From Paraphysomonas bandaiensis (Eukaryota > Protista > Chrysophyceae), in NCBI GenBank assembly GCA_965644295.1, contig CBFFRP010000277.1, positions 62,001-126,000 of the forward strand: a stretch of 64,000 nt of DNA, given 5' to 3'. Positions 1 through 10,954 of this stretch are shown here, piece after piece. Within the stretch, counting starts at the first letter, position 1. Each line of letters begins with the position of its first letter. The notes below the pieces were generated by a model. That model made no database searches. It worked only from the letters and a program-made list of their open reading frames with translations, and was not told where the DNA came from. The translations under genes and the position numbers were made by a program.

Positions 1-419
1 GTGCCATATCTGATGCTGTATATAGGTGGTTAAGAGCAGTGGCATCCAGGAACCCACTAAGGAGTGGGTAGACACAGGTGCAGTTGATTCTGCTTCTATT
101 ATTACTGGTAAACGTACCAGAAGTTCAGTTGATTATCGCTTGTAAGTATAGATAGCACTTTGTAATATATATAATAGTACTATCTATAGTATGCATGTAT
201 TAACCGTTACATTAACCGTTACATTCTCACTTTTTGGACCTGTAACTAATATAAAATTTATTAAATGTTTCTAAAAACATGTTCTCTTTACACCTACTAC
301 ATTATTTATTGCAAAACATATAAAGATATAAAGAACACAACTTAAATCGGCATTTTCAAAATTTCACCAGGTTTAGAGCGTTTCTGCAGGTTTGTTCATA
401 ACATCATATTAGATGAATG

Positions 420-1660
420 CTAGAAAAAACTAATTAGACCTCTACCTGTGACTAATCAGTACACACTTTATTTATCCTACTATTTAACGCTACGGAAGCT
501 GCTTGTGCGTCGCCGCAAGCACCAAGGTGAAACCACTTTCGCTCTCTGTCCTTAAGGCTTAAGGTGAACATCCCGGATGCTTGACTTCAGCAGGCAGCCC
601 AATACCCCGGTCACCCTTCAGGTGGGCTCTGTCCCGGATACCCTTGAGGTGGGCCTATTCCCGGATGCCTGTTTATTCGTTAGGGCCCAAAGACGTCTAC
701 ACAAGTGAGACACTTATTGGTGTCCCTTGTACCACACAAGCATTCGGCTATGAGTGGGCAGAAGAATATCTGCTGATTATGTTTGTGGCTCACGTTAGTG
801 TCCCAGAGAGAGAATCTCTCCGGTACTTATCCCCCAGATCACCACGAAAAGGTTCGAGTCCGACATTGTTGAGGGGATGTCAGTGCAAACGATCTACCTT
901 CCTAACCAGGACTTCGAAACAACTTCAAGAATATTACAGGAGAGTTTAAGTGCCATATCTGATGCTGTATATATGTGGTTAAGAGGGCAGTGACATCCAG
1001 TTGTTTCAGGGTTCGGGTTACATATATATTGTGCTGATGAGGATATTGTGCACCTCATATCATACACACATCATTCAATCAGGTGTACTACTAGCAGAGG
1101 TAAGCGTATTGTATATAACTGTAATGATGATACTATAATTAAAAGGCAATAAAAAGCCTTTCGCCCGACTCCACTCTTCATATTTCATATCAATCACCAC
1201 ACTTATGTACGAGTTTCAACACCTCGCAGTTGCCATATTCCCTCAGTATCCTTCTGTGATAGGAGTGCATTTGTTGTAGCTATTATAATATATATATATA
1301 AATTTGGGGGTTTATTGTTTGAGTTGAACTATAGTGCAATTGCTATTCTCAAAGCATACACAGTATACACATTAAATATGAATTCTCAATGTTAATTTTC
1401 TTTCTAAATGCTAATCAGGAAACACCTAGGCTATTTCTGCCTTCTTACAGCAAGCACGCTACTAACAGCTATACAATTTAATATTAAGTTTTCAACATCC
1501 TGAGGATATATATAAGCTACAATAATTTAACAGAGGGATAATGAGAAGCGTCCCTTCTTGTCTAAACTACAAAACTCGGGCATTTTGCCCTCGTTTCAAA
1601 ATTTCGAGCGGTGGAGGATATATATATATTATTATAGCCTTCTTATTTCCCGTGTGATTA
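420..1660 (+). mobile_element. Compacted relic of a CRE-like (RLE-class) non-LTR retrotransposon, longest copy in window
   Basis: ORF 581-949 contains TLIGVPCTTQAFGYEWAEEYLL...LLRGCQCKRSTFLTRT, resembling the LGxPxG..F...W / LLRxC...RxxFLxRT region downstream of the CRE-type RT core. FQHLAVAI near 1215 resembles the C-terminal QxLSxAI motif. Homologous blocks recur at 1-50, 2270-2472, 2545-3030, 12950-13518, 14415-14650, 29550-29670 and 63630-63880. Boundaries approximate. Confidence 0.55.
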
Positions 1661-1929
1661 AATATATCTATAATAATTAGTGTTCTGCATTGTTGTAGTT
1701 AAGTCGAGGTAATACCAAAACCTGGCTTTTGATGTAAAACCTGGTGAAATTTTTGATGATGGTTGGAAAAGGGTATAACTATGCACAATAAGTAACTATG
1801 AAGATAATAACAGTATGAAAAGTATTATTTACAATATTTTTTACTAATTTCTTCCATATTACTTCAGTTTTACAGCAATAAAAGTCACCGACTACACATA
1901 TATATTACATACAGTTCACAAGTATGAAC

Positions 1930-2250
1930 TATAACCATCTCACTATACACCACTTTACCATCTCACTAAACACCACTATACCATCTCAAAATACACCCAC
2001 ATACCATCTCACACCCATATACCATCTCACTATACACCCATACCATATTACTATGCATCACTATACCATCCCACTATATTATACCACTATACCATCTACT
2101 GTATACCACTATACCACCTAACTATACATCACTACACTATCTCACTATACACCCATATACCATCTCACACCCATATACCATCTCACTATACACCCATACC
2201 ATATTACTATGCATCACTATACCATCCCACTATATTATACCACTATACCT
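1930..2250. repeat. Low-complexity CTATAC/CATC tandem tract with an internal ~90-bp direct duplication
   Basis: ~2002-2093 is repeated at ~2158-2249 (ataccatctcacacccatatac...ataccactatacc). Confidence 0.85.
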
Positions 2251-2269
2251 TCAACATTTTGGGTCGTCT

Positions 2270-2472
2270 ATAAATGAGAGTCTTATTATTAGCTATATTA
2301 GCAATAGGCGTCGAGAATCAGCACCATCCTAGTAGCGAGATGAAAACTAGTAGTCGAACTAGATAGCTAGATAGACGTCTATCTGTAACTAACTTGTACA
2401 AATTACAGATTCTCATATCCTACTATAATATTATAACGCTACGAAAGCTGCTTGTGCGTCGTCGCAATCACC
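2270..2472 (+). mobile_element. Fragment of the CRE-like relic family
   Basis: taacgctacgaaagctgcttgtgcgtcgtcgcaatcacca matches 485-525; upstream ttagcaataggcgt block is shared with 29570 and 63645. Confidence 0.6.
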
Positions 2473-2497
2473 AACTTGAAGGTGTGACCTAAGTATG

Positions 2498-2528
2498 TGC
2501 AGAATCTGGGAATCGAACCCAGGGTTAC
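2498..2528 (-). pseudogene. tRNA 3'-half fragment (T-arm plus acceptor 3' strand)
   Basis: Minus strand reads CTGGG-TTCGATT-CCCAG-ATTCTGCA: perfect 5-bp T stem with TTCGATT loop (B box). No anticodon arm or D arm can be folded. Confidence 0.5.
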
Positions 2529-2544
2529 ATTATATTATACCATT

Positions 2545-3030
2545 CAATAGTCCTATTCGCACTTTTTCGTGGTGTTCTGGGGGATAAGTATAAGTATCGG
2601 AGAAATTTCTCCAGAAAACTAACGCGAGCTGCTTATATAAAGTCAGTCAGCAGACAGATATTGTTAATATGCTTGCGTAGGCGTCTTTGTGCCTTGACAA
2701 ATTAACAGGCATCCGGGATAGGGCACACCTAAAGGGAATCCGGGGTATTGGGCTGCCTGCTGAAGGCAAAAAACATCCAGCCTAGTTCACCTACTTAAGA
2801 ACTAAAAAATCCTGAAGTCAGAAGATGTCAGCTATATCAACATTCCGCTTATTCTCACTGCTAATTTCTTTGACGGATTGAGCAAAAGTGGTTACACCTT
2901 GGTGCTTGCGAGCTTTCGTAGCGCTAAATATATTAGTAGAATATCAGAGTTAAGTACTAGTTAATTAAATTGTTTTGTTACATTAGTGCTGACTCTTCAG
3001 ACCTAAATAATCAGATATTCACTACTGTGA
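2545..3030 (-). mobile_element. Inverted fragment of the CRE-like relic family
   Basis: Reverse complement matches 480-860 blocks (ttttcgtggtg..ctgggggataagta; aacaggcatccggga; ccggggtattgggctgcctgctgaag; ccttggtgcttgcg). Confidence 0.65.
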
Positions 3031-3126
3031 ATATTTCAAGAAACCATATTACTCATCAAAATACATTGATTAGATAATTATGTAATTATACCTCGCATCA
3101 ATATTATGGCACACAATTTACTGCGT

Positions 3127-3458
3127 GTTGATGTTGCTTTACAGCTTGACGGAGAGTGCTGCGTTCTGCTATATGAGAGCAATTGAAAGCGGTAGTTCTA
3201 AGGTATTTAACTTACAGTGGTATACAGCTGACAGCTGTACTCTTATTAATCGTACTGTGAGAATGAGTGACGATAAGTATATAGTACTAAAACGGAATAT
3301 AGTGACGATGCAAATGGTAGTGACGAAGTAAGATGAGTGGTAGTTGAGAGATGCTGAAATGGGCGAATGATAAGAGATATTGATTATAATTTATAATTCT
3401 CAGTATTGAGTATAAGTTTACCTTCAGTTGTTAAGCTTACACACCACATATAATGTCA
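3127..3458 (+). mobile_element. Degenerate solo LTR related to the Copia LTR at 42696
   Basis: Starts TGTTG, ends TGTCA; shares gagcaattgaaagcggtagtt and atagtgacga..taagat blocks with the intact LTR; no clear TSD. Confidence 0.5.
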
Positions 3459-3857
3459 AACTTTGATAGAGAGAATCCCGCTTCTTTCTATAAGTGTGAT
3501 GGTAGTTGCTTTAAATCAGGACGGGTATACTCTATACTCTATCCGTGGTAATTACTATATACTATACAAACGTTAAATTGAATGCTGATTACTACGGTTG
3601 CTCATGTTGTAGTATGTACGGAGTATGGAGCAGGAGATAATGAATAATTAGCTAGGTAAAGTCACTGAGGGGGCGGTGCCTGCTTACAATTGCCAGCATA
3701 TCATACAAAACATATTCCAATAACGAGATATGTTACTTATCGTTAGAATTGACTTGAAAGAATAATTATTTCTCACATCATTGATATAGCATACGTTTCA
3801 CAATACCTTGAATTCGTACCTTTTTAGATATCATAGATGTGTTATGCATTATAAGTC

Positions 3858-5984
3858 TTAAACTTTCTTTGATTTCGAAGCATATTCTGCCAGCTTACCA
3901 AGTATGTCAGGATGTTCTGCAAAATTTAGTAGGTAGAACGATTAGGCATCCGAAAACATGAGCACTTGGATTTTACCTGCCAGCAGCTGATCGGCATCAA
4001 CTCCTTTCACAGAGCGCTCAAACTCCATTTTAATGTCATCAAGCTTTGGGAGTTGGCTCATGGAAACGAGAGGAAGGCGTACGCGAGAGGGATACTGGGC
4101 AGAGTGGTAAAGTACATTGTTTGCTACTATAATCGGTCCAGGGTCAGCGCTTTTAAGCAACACTCCGTTATTGTAATTCACAGAGAAACGCGGAGCATTT
4201 GACGAAGTAACAGCGACTCGTAGCGAGTGACCCGGCGCAATAACGTATGAGGTATTCCATAGGCTTATCTCAACTTCGTACACTTCACCTGCATGTCAAC
4301 AGAGTAAATCCATTGTTGATTAATCAATATTAGCGCTGAACCTGGAGTCATGTAGACAGGTACTTCGCCACCATCCCTCCATCTCATGCGAATCGCACTG
4401 TCCTGAATGAGCCTGACTTCTCCAGTGGGATATACATCAGACATGCGCACCTGTAGATATCATTGTTAGAATACCAATGTAATTAGATGTGGAGTTGTCT
4501 TTGAGTGACTCACCATGAAGTCCGTGTCAATAGCATCGCTGCTAACAAAGAGAGTCGCAAATAGAGGCCCTGTAATCGGTACGGCGCTCTCCTGAACTGG
4601 GGTCTGAAATACGAGAACATCGGAACGTTGATCGATTTCCGCCTGATCAAGAGGACCGCAAGGCATGTCAAGATTATTTCCGCCTTGGGTGGGTACGGGA
4701 TCCGCGGGATCATAGGTGTACACAGAGCTTTCAGCGGAGTCAGAAGGCAAACCGCTCTCAGGGGCACTTGTAGATAGTGTTCCATCAGAGTGCATGAAGA
4801 AATCAGTCATAGTGGGCTCGGGAAAAGTTTCCATGGAGGTCCAGTAATTGGCACTCTCAAGTCCCGACTGGTCATTGGAAGACATCACATAGAACGTAAT
4901 GTTTTTGACATTGGTACGTGCTACTGGGCGGATGTCATACAATTCATATGCCTGCATAAATGCTAGCAGCGTTCGACCGGCGATTAGATCCTGGGGGAAA
5001 AATTCGGCAGCAGATTGGCAGTGACCGAGAGGGTCGATGGTCAAAACACTTGTATAACGAACATTCTCAGCAGATTCGGTGTTGTATCCCTTATAGGCAG
5101 CTAGATTGCCAACAAGAAAAATATCATACCAGCCGGCCCAAAATGCAGACGGGAAATTGACAAGATCATAGCGACTAGACAGATCTACCGCATACCACCA
5201 CTCTGCAGTAAGAACACATTACGAAGTAAGCAACAGATAATATATACATATTGACCATTATAGTATTCGTTCTTTTTTATGTCTTCATAGCATACATCTG
5301 CCCACTCTCCATCAACCGTGCCATGAATCCACGAATCGATGAGCTCCCATACCATTGTACCCTGAGGGTAAAATACTTCGTACCCAATAGACGAAGTCCA
5401 AATGAAATACTGATTCCCCAGCCAAGATGGACTGTTCTCGACTGTTGTAAACGCGCCAAGCCCATCAGCAGAAGCACCAAACGTATACACTTTGCCGTCA
5501 CTCCATGGCTGCTGTACAATCCAGTCACCCAGGTCCTCGGAATCGTTCGCATCGGAATGCCAAATCGAAAATAGACCTTCCGACTCTTTAGTTCCTCTGA
5601 GTGTCCATAACAATTACATACTCACAAGTAAAGTATAATCTGTACTCTAACCTCATATCTTGACCCACAGTAGCGTATCCTCCCGGAAGGAAGAGATCGG
5701 GGATCCACTCGAGATCACTGTATCCATAGGGACTATACACATATACACACATATGTCATACGGGCCTCTCTGGCAACAACACACACACACCTTCGATCAA
5801 CAATAGTAGTGTATCTCTGTGTCCCATCATAGTCTCGTGGTAGCACTACTCGTGTATGGAGCAGCACATCATCTCTAGTTGGGAGCATTACTTCAAAGGT
5901 CCTGGACTCGTTACTGAGAGCACTGATGAGCACTCCGCATGATAATACTGCCGCACAAGCAATAGATCTGAGGGCATGAAACAT
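3858..5984 (-). CDS. Secreted CocE/NonD-family (peptidase S15 / X-Pro dipeptidyl-peptidase-like) alpha/beta hydrolase, multi-exon
   Basis: Signal peptide; motifs MLPTRDDVLLHT, DRSPY, QDMRGT..SEG, QPWSDGKV..FGASADG (nucleophile), AGWYDIF, YDPADPVPT.GG, GHSLRVAVTSSNAPRF; GT-AG introns join the ORF pieces; inferred last exon EHPDILGK...KKV ends with TAA at 3858. Confidence 0.9.
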
Positions 5985-6080
5985 TGTACTGGATAAGAAC
6001 CACGAGCAGGGTGGTTAGCAGTGTGTAGAGAATGGAGGATAGGATGATGAGGGTGCTGCTCCCTTGACTGTATATATATA

Positions 6081-7270
6081 CAGCGCATTCTCGATATATC
6101 GCGGAAAGTGTCCTGGAGAGGAAATCGCGATATATCGCAATATCGCGATATACAATTTAATAGTAAAATACAGCACTGTATTCCGCAAAGTCATAGAGAA
6201 CAAGTTTAAGGAGCTTAAGACTGTGCAATATATCCACAATGTCGTGTCTGTATAGCATAGTACTCCTTGTACTGAATGGCACATGCAAAGAATTTGTGAA
6301 ATAAGTTACTAATATATCATTATTTATGGAATTTATGGTATTCAATTTCTTAACACACTTACTACATTCCTAGCTAACAATAAGATAAAATTATTAAATT
6401 TCATGGACTTCAGAACCTTTAGTACGTGCTGAAAAAAACTGATGCAGAGAAGTTTGTACCTTAGAATGATTCTTGTGCCTTTCTGTATGAATATTATTCT
6501 GCACTTTTCTGAGGAGCTCAATATGCGCTGTTGAATGCCCCTCCTGGGTAGCATAATCGAGTAACATTAAAACAGCATTGTCGGCTTGCACAGCAGTAAT
6601 AGCACTATCATTTCCATTGGTGTTAATACAATCATCCTCGTCATCGTCATCGCCTTCGTCCTCTAAAGACATTGACTGCTGAAGTGCAGTGATACTGCTC
6701 TTATTTGTTCTTCATTATGTCTCATTATAATAAAGATCTTTATAATAGTAAAACAATGTTGTGATTATTAGAGTGTTAGTAATGAACACGATAGAGTGAA
6801 AATTATGAATAACAATATAGAACATAGCAATATTCAACCTATGTTGTACAGATGGTATGTACAAACTTAAGCATATACAATAGACATCTCATACAATACA
6901 ATAGAATATCATGAGACATATATCCTTCTTATGAGCAGACGTCCTTCGATGAGAGAAAAAGACTCTTGCGCATCATTACATTTCATCCTCAGGTAAGGAT
7001 TCCAAATTTTACCCCCCCACTCTCTCTCCAGGGTAAGCATTTTGGTAAGCATTTTCAAAAACTTACCCCGAAAATGCTTACCAGGGCAAACAGAAATTGA
7101 TTTTCGGCGTTTTTTGGTAAGGAATGCTTACCAAAAAAATGCTTACCCTTGTAACAGAAAATGACCTCAGTTTTCCATTATAATTATGTGTGATGAAGTG
7201 TCCTGGACCAAAATCCGCGATATAAAAGGGTATCGCGATATACATACCGCGATATATCGAGAATGCGCTG
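6081..7270 (-). mobile_element. Non-autonomous pogo/Tigger-type DNA transposon (1190 bp)
   Basis: 24-bp TIRs CAGCGCATTCTCGATATATCGCGG ... CCGCGATATATCGAGAATGCGCTG flanked by TA on both sides. Internal ORF 6394-6672 has an acidic tract then KVQTSLHQFF, like pogo/Tigger transposase C-termini. Confidence 0.8.
7029..7151. mobile_element. ~123-bp MITE nested in the Tigger-like element
   Basis: CAGGGTAAGCATTTT ... AAAATGCTTACCCTTG inverted ends with internal GGTAAGCAT/ATGCTTACC subterminal repeats. Confidence 0.7.
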
Positions 7271-8420
7271 TACAGATACACGTATGTATGTCGATGCGTG
7301 TCGGCTGTACTCTGTGTATGGAAAGATACACACAGGAAGACATCCATACAGGAATACGAGAATACGTTATCGCGTTCTCTGTACATATACGGTATACTAC
7401 CCTGTGTATATATGCAGTTGTATCCTACTGGTGTTCTACATACAGCGGTATCCTATACAGCAGTATGTGTATCTCAGCACAGGGTACTGCCTGCATATGT
7501 CCACTGCAGCAGTGCAGAGGATGTGCATATGCTCATAGACTAACGGCATCAGTGAGTGTGTTCTTCTGCATCATTGTCCTTAACAATGTTTTGGTATTCT
7601 GTATATGAATAAAACAGACATGACAGTTATGGATCACTACCTGCTATCACCCACGCATAAGGTTATGAGAGCCATTACCTATAGCCTCTGCTACAGCAGT
7701 GGACAGGAGACAGTAGCATGTACTGTATTGCGAACAGATACAGTACAACGCGCTGCACTATAGCGCCTGTATTTTCCCGTTACATATTAGGACCTAGCAA
7801 TACTCTTCCTGCCTATTGTTACATTGAAGCCTTTGCTGTACATTCATTGACCATTGTATCCATGTCGCTGTATAAACTTATTGGCACTATCCGCCCCCGT
7901 GTATCGACTTCACTCCCTGCGAAGGTTACTGCAGCTGCAATTGCAAACACTAACACAAATGTGATATAAAAGGGTAGACAGAAATAGCCGCTGCAACTAA
8001 GATGAGAAAACGATATTTCAGTTAGGGTTTGATGTTTTGTTGAGTAAAAGCACAGACTATTTGATGTGGAATGCAAATTAATTGGAGTTTTGATGCTCGG
8101 AGTGTCTCTAATACTTTCTGCTACACATATAAATCTACCTGAATTGTACAGTTTGCATACTAGAGACTAGAGTGCAAAGTGGATTAGTAAGAATAAGCAA
8201 CAAGTATTATATTTTTTAATGTTTTCTTTAAAAATAGAATATTACATACTCTTAGTATTGAAACATTGGGTGTTAGACTCAATGGAGATAGCACTGTATG
8301 CATAGAACCTTTATTCAGCTATTTATTAGGCATATATCCGAAACGAGAGCCTTCGGTGGAAATTAGAAATACGATAGGTTAAAAGTGAATCACACCATCA
8401 CTATATTTACAGATGAATAA

Positions 8421-10446
8421 TTACTTACTGTAATTTATTACACAACTCTCTTTAAAGTCTAATATATTTATACAACATGTATCCAATGGTTTATCACGTT
8501 TACAAAATAAAATATCAAATAAAACGTTCTCGCTACTTAACCGAGTATTTTTATCTGTAGTTGAAACACAATCGGTTACAGATAGTAGCACATCCAATAT
8601 CCGTTGTGCGGCGATGGCGTAATCATAATCACACACGATTCCGTTGCTAGTATCCTCTTGATAAGATGATTCTTTTGACAGTGCTCGCTTTGTTACACTA
8701 CAATAAACGAGAGCCGCGGGTATGTTACCCAATATTCTACAGAACGAACGGCTGTCTATATGTCCACAAAATAAAACGTCACTACTACAGTGACAAGGTT
8801 TAAATAATAGCTCTAAGGGTTTGTACTGCACGCGGCAGTCCATATCTACAATATCCTGAAAATCGAGCTTGAACTCTTGCTCAGTTGGCATTTCAAGAAG
8901 ATCAGTAATTTTCACATCAACTTGCTTCGATAACTCATGTATATTGTGCCCACAACGCACATTAAAACCGACAAGGTGGCATTGTCGAATTACGTACTTC
9001 ACAGGTGAACACAGGGGAACAAGTGAGCCTTTCAACGTCAATTGTCGTTTCGGAAGGTTCGGATCAGAGAGAACACCATCTATATAGTCCTTCAGCTCTG
9101 ACCACGCAAAAGTGATGGGAGAGGATGAGTTAGTGTCATCAGGGCGACGCGACAAAATATCAGCCCCTGAATCTGACAAAGCTGCCGTTAGAGTCTGCTG
9201 CGTGGACTCCGACTTATGAATGTGTGCGTTGTTAATACTTCTCGACGCAGACTTTAGAATAATTCGCCGAAATTTAGAGGTATTGTCACAAAACGTCTTA
9301 ACAATACTCTGAGATTCAACATCACTCCGACCAGCGTGTTCTGTTGAAATCCACCGCCCATTTTCGGCAATGATACTGGATATATCTGACACCAAAAGCT
9401 CCCTATATCTTTCGGTTAGCCAACACAATGTAAAGATAATAAGCAAGACATCATGATTTATCCATATATCGATACAACTACTTTCGTTCCCCGTACAAAT
9501 AAACGAACCTGATAACATTATCTCCTTTACTGCGCATAACAAGTACATCACAACACTGTAGATCCCATTCAGTATATAAAAAATCTTTTGAAACTTCTCG
9601 TATTGGATCAATCAGTTGTCTTGCTGCAGCCTCAGCGGCCCTCTTATTGGGGTGAGTCAAAAGTACAAGTGCACCAGAGGCATCTGTACATTTCCACTGC
9701 CGCCTCCACTGCTCTATAATAGTTCCATCTACTTGCACAGGCGACTTCAAGCTATCTGCACACAAATGTAGAGTAATATTGACCCACATACGCTGCTTTG
9801 GTATATTACTTAAGGTATCACCATGAGAATATGTCGCACGTTTCAAAGAGCTATGTTCCGAGAACTGGCGTGCGGTATAAAGTTGCGTCTTAGAATCACG
9901 ACGACGTTTATTTCCTGATGCATACATTTGACAAGTATCACCAGTTCTTCTACTATTCACAGGTGGATCAGCCAGTAATAGAGGATATTTATCTAATGCC
10001 CATTTGTATAGAGCAAGAGTAGACTTATACAACTCCATATTTTGCTCGGCATGCACTAATAGAGTTCCATCTGCTTTTCGCAATAAAACTGTGCGGGTTT
10101 CTTTTCCTGACGATCCACTAATAAATTCTACCTCACGTCCATTATCAGCAGTCGTATGCTGTGCATGAATATTCATGCCATCTATCAGTACGATATCACC
10201 TGCAGAAATATTTGACATCACACGGACCGCCTCCTGACCAAAATACTGCATTTTCAGAAGCTGGCAAGTCTGGTCTGCAATATACACGCACAAGTATTGG
10301 GTTTCAGTGTTATTTCTTAGTTTTTTCCACTGTAGTTTCCTGCACTCGATAATGAGCGCCACCAATCGAGGAAACATGTCCCCACACGACCCATTCTTGA
10401 TATCTGCAATATGGTGCAATATATGCGAGGATATTAGTGACAACAT
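8421..10446 (-). CDS. OB-fold single-stranded nucleic-acid-binding protein (POT1/SHLD2/RPA-like N-terminus), two exons
   Basis: LCVYIADQT..LKMQYFG........ISAGDIVLIDG is an OB-fold signature. ORFs 9478-10446 and 8421-9611 are joined by a GT...CTAAC..AAG intron at ~9409-9481. Confidence 0.6.
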
Positions 10447-10954
10447 GGGATGTCAATGCAGTTTATTGGGGAATCATCTGGTCTGCATGTTATTCTATGA
10501 GAGAGACGAGAGATCTTAACCCCCTTCTTCTTGCTTTCTTGTGTGCACTGTACATGGCAATTTGTGGAAAAGTCTGATATTTAGTAAAAAACGCATATAT
10601 TTCTTTTATAAACCCATGTTTTCCTTCTTTGTCACAGGAAAGTGTACTTATTTTCGTACCATTGTAATACTCTCTGTACTTTTGGAGGGTATTTTTCGGC
10701 CACTCGTAACCCAGTTATACTTATCCAGGAGCAGTAGTGGAGTACGAGTACTGAGCAGTACTGCAGTACAATTGGCTTGATTTAGCCCACTCACCAACGC
10801 ATGTATATATCTCAACAGAGCACATAGCTTGCTCGTGCGGTGTGATGAGAGTATAATTGCCTTATTGGAGCAATTTATACTAATCACCAGTGCGAAAATA
10901 AACAGCAAACCTAGTCCAAGTCTTCTGGCCCAGGCCCGATATAATAGATTACAC

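Noticed and set aside
485-545. Possible ribozyme (twister/HDV-like) in the conserved GCTTGTG-loop-CGCAAGC hairpin of the repeat family
   Set aside because: No complete ribozyme core could be built; variation among copies fits a reading frame (LRKLLVRRRKHQG) at least as well as base-pair covariation
609-668. Short direct repeats (cccgg..acccttnaggtgggc) suggesting a CRISPR-like array
   Set aside because: Only two to three units with no unique spacers, eukaryotic context, no cas genes
1030-1060. CTGATGA hammerhead-like core
   Set aside because: No GAAA following stem II and no closing stems
358-1753. 17-bp inverted pair AAAATTTCACCAGGTTT (358-374, 1737-1753) as TIRs of the repeat family
   Set aside because: Absent from the other copies and no TSD; more likely an older MITE into which this copy inserted
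7078-7608. Cys/Tyr/His-rich ORFs here and at 1924-2121, 30289-30682, 40306-40578 and 61893-62268
   Set aside because: Translations of low-complexity RY tracts, not protein-like
7819-8076. Minus-strand ORF with a signal-peptide-like hydrophobic stretch
   Set aside because: No ATG start or convincing downstream exons; stops follow
9478-9611. Programmed frameshift between the overlapping minus-strand ORFs
   Set aside because: A canonical intron with branch point explains the frame change
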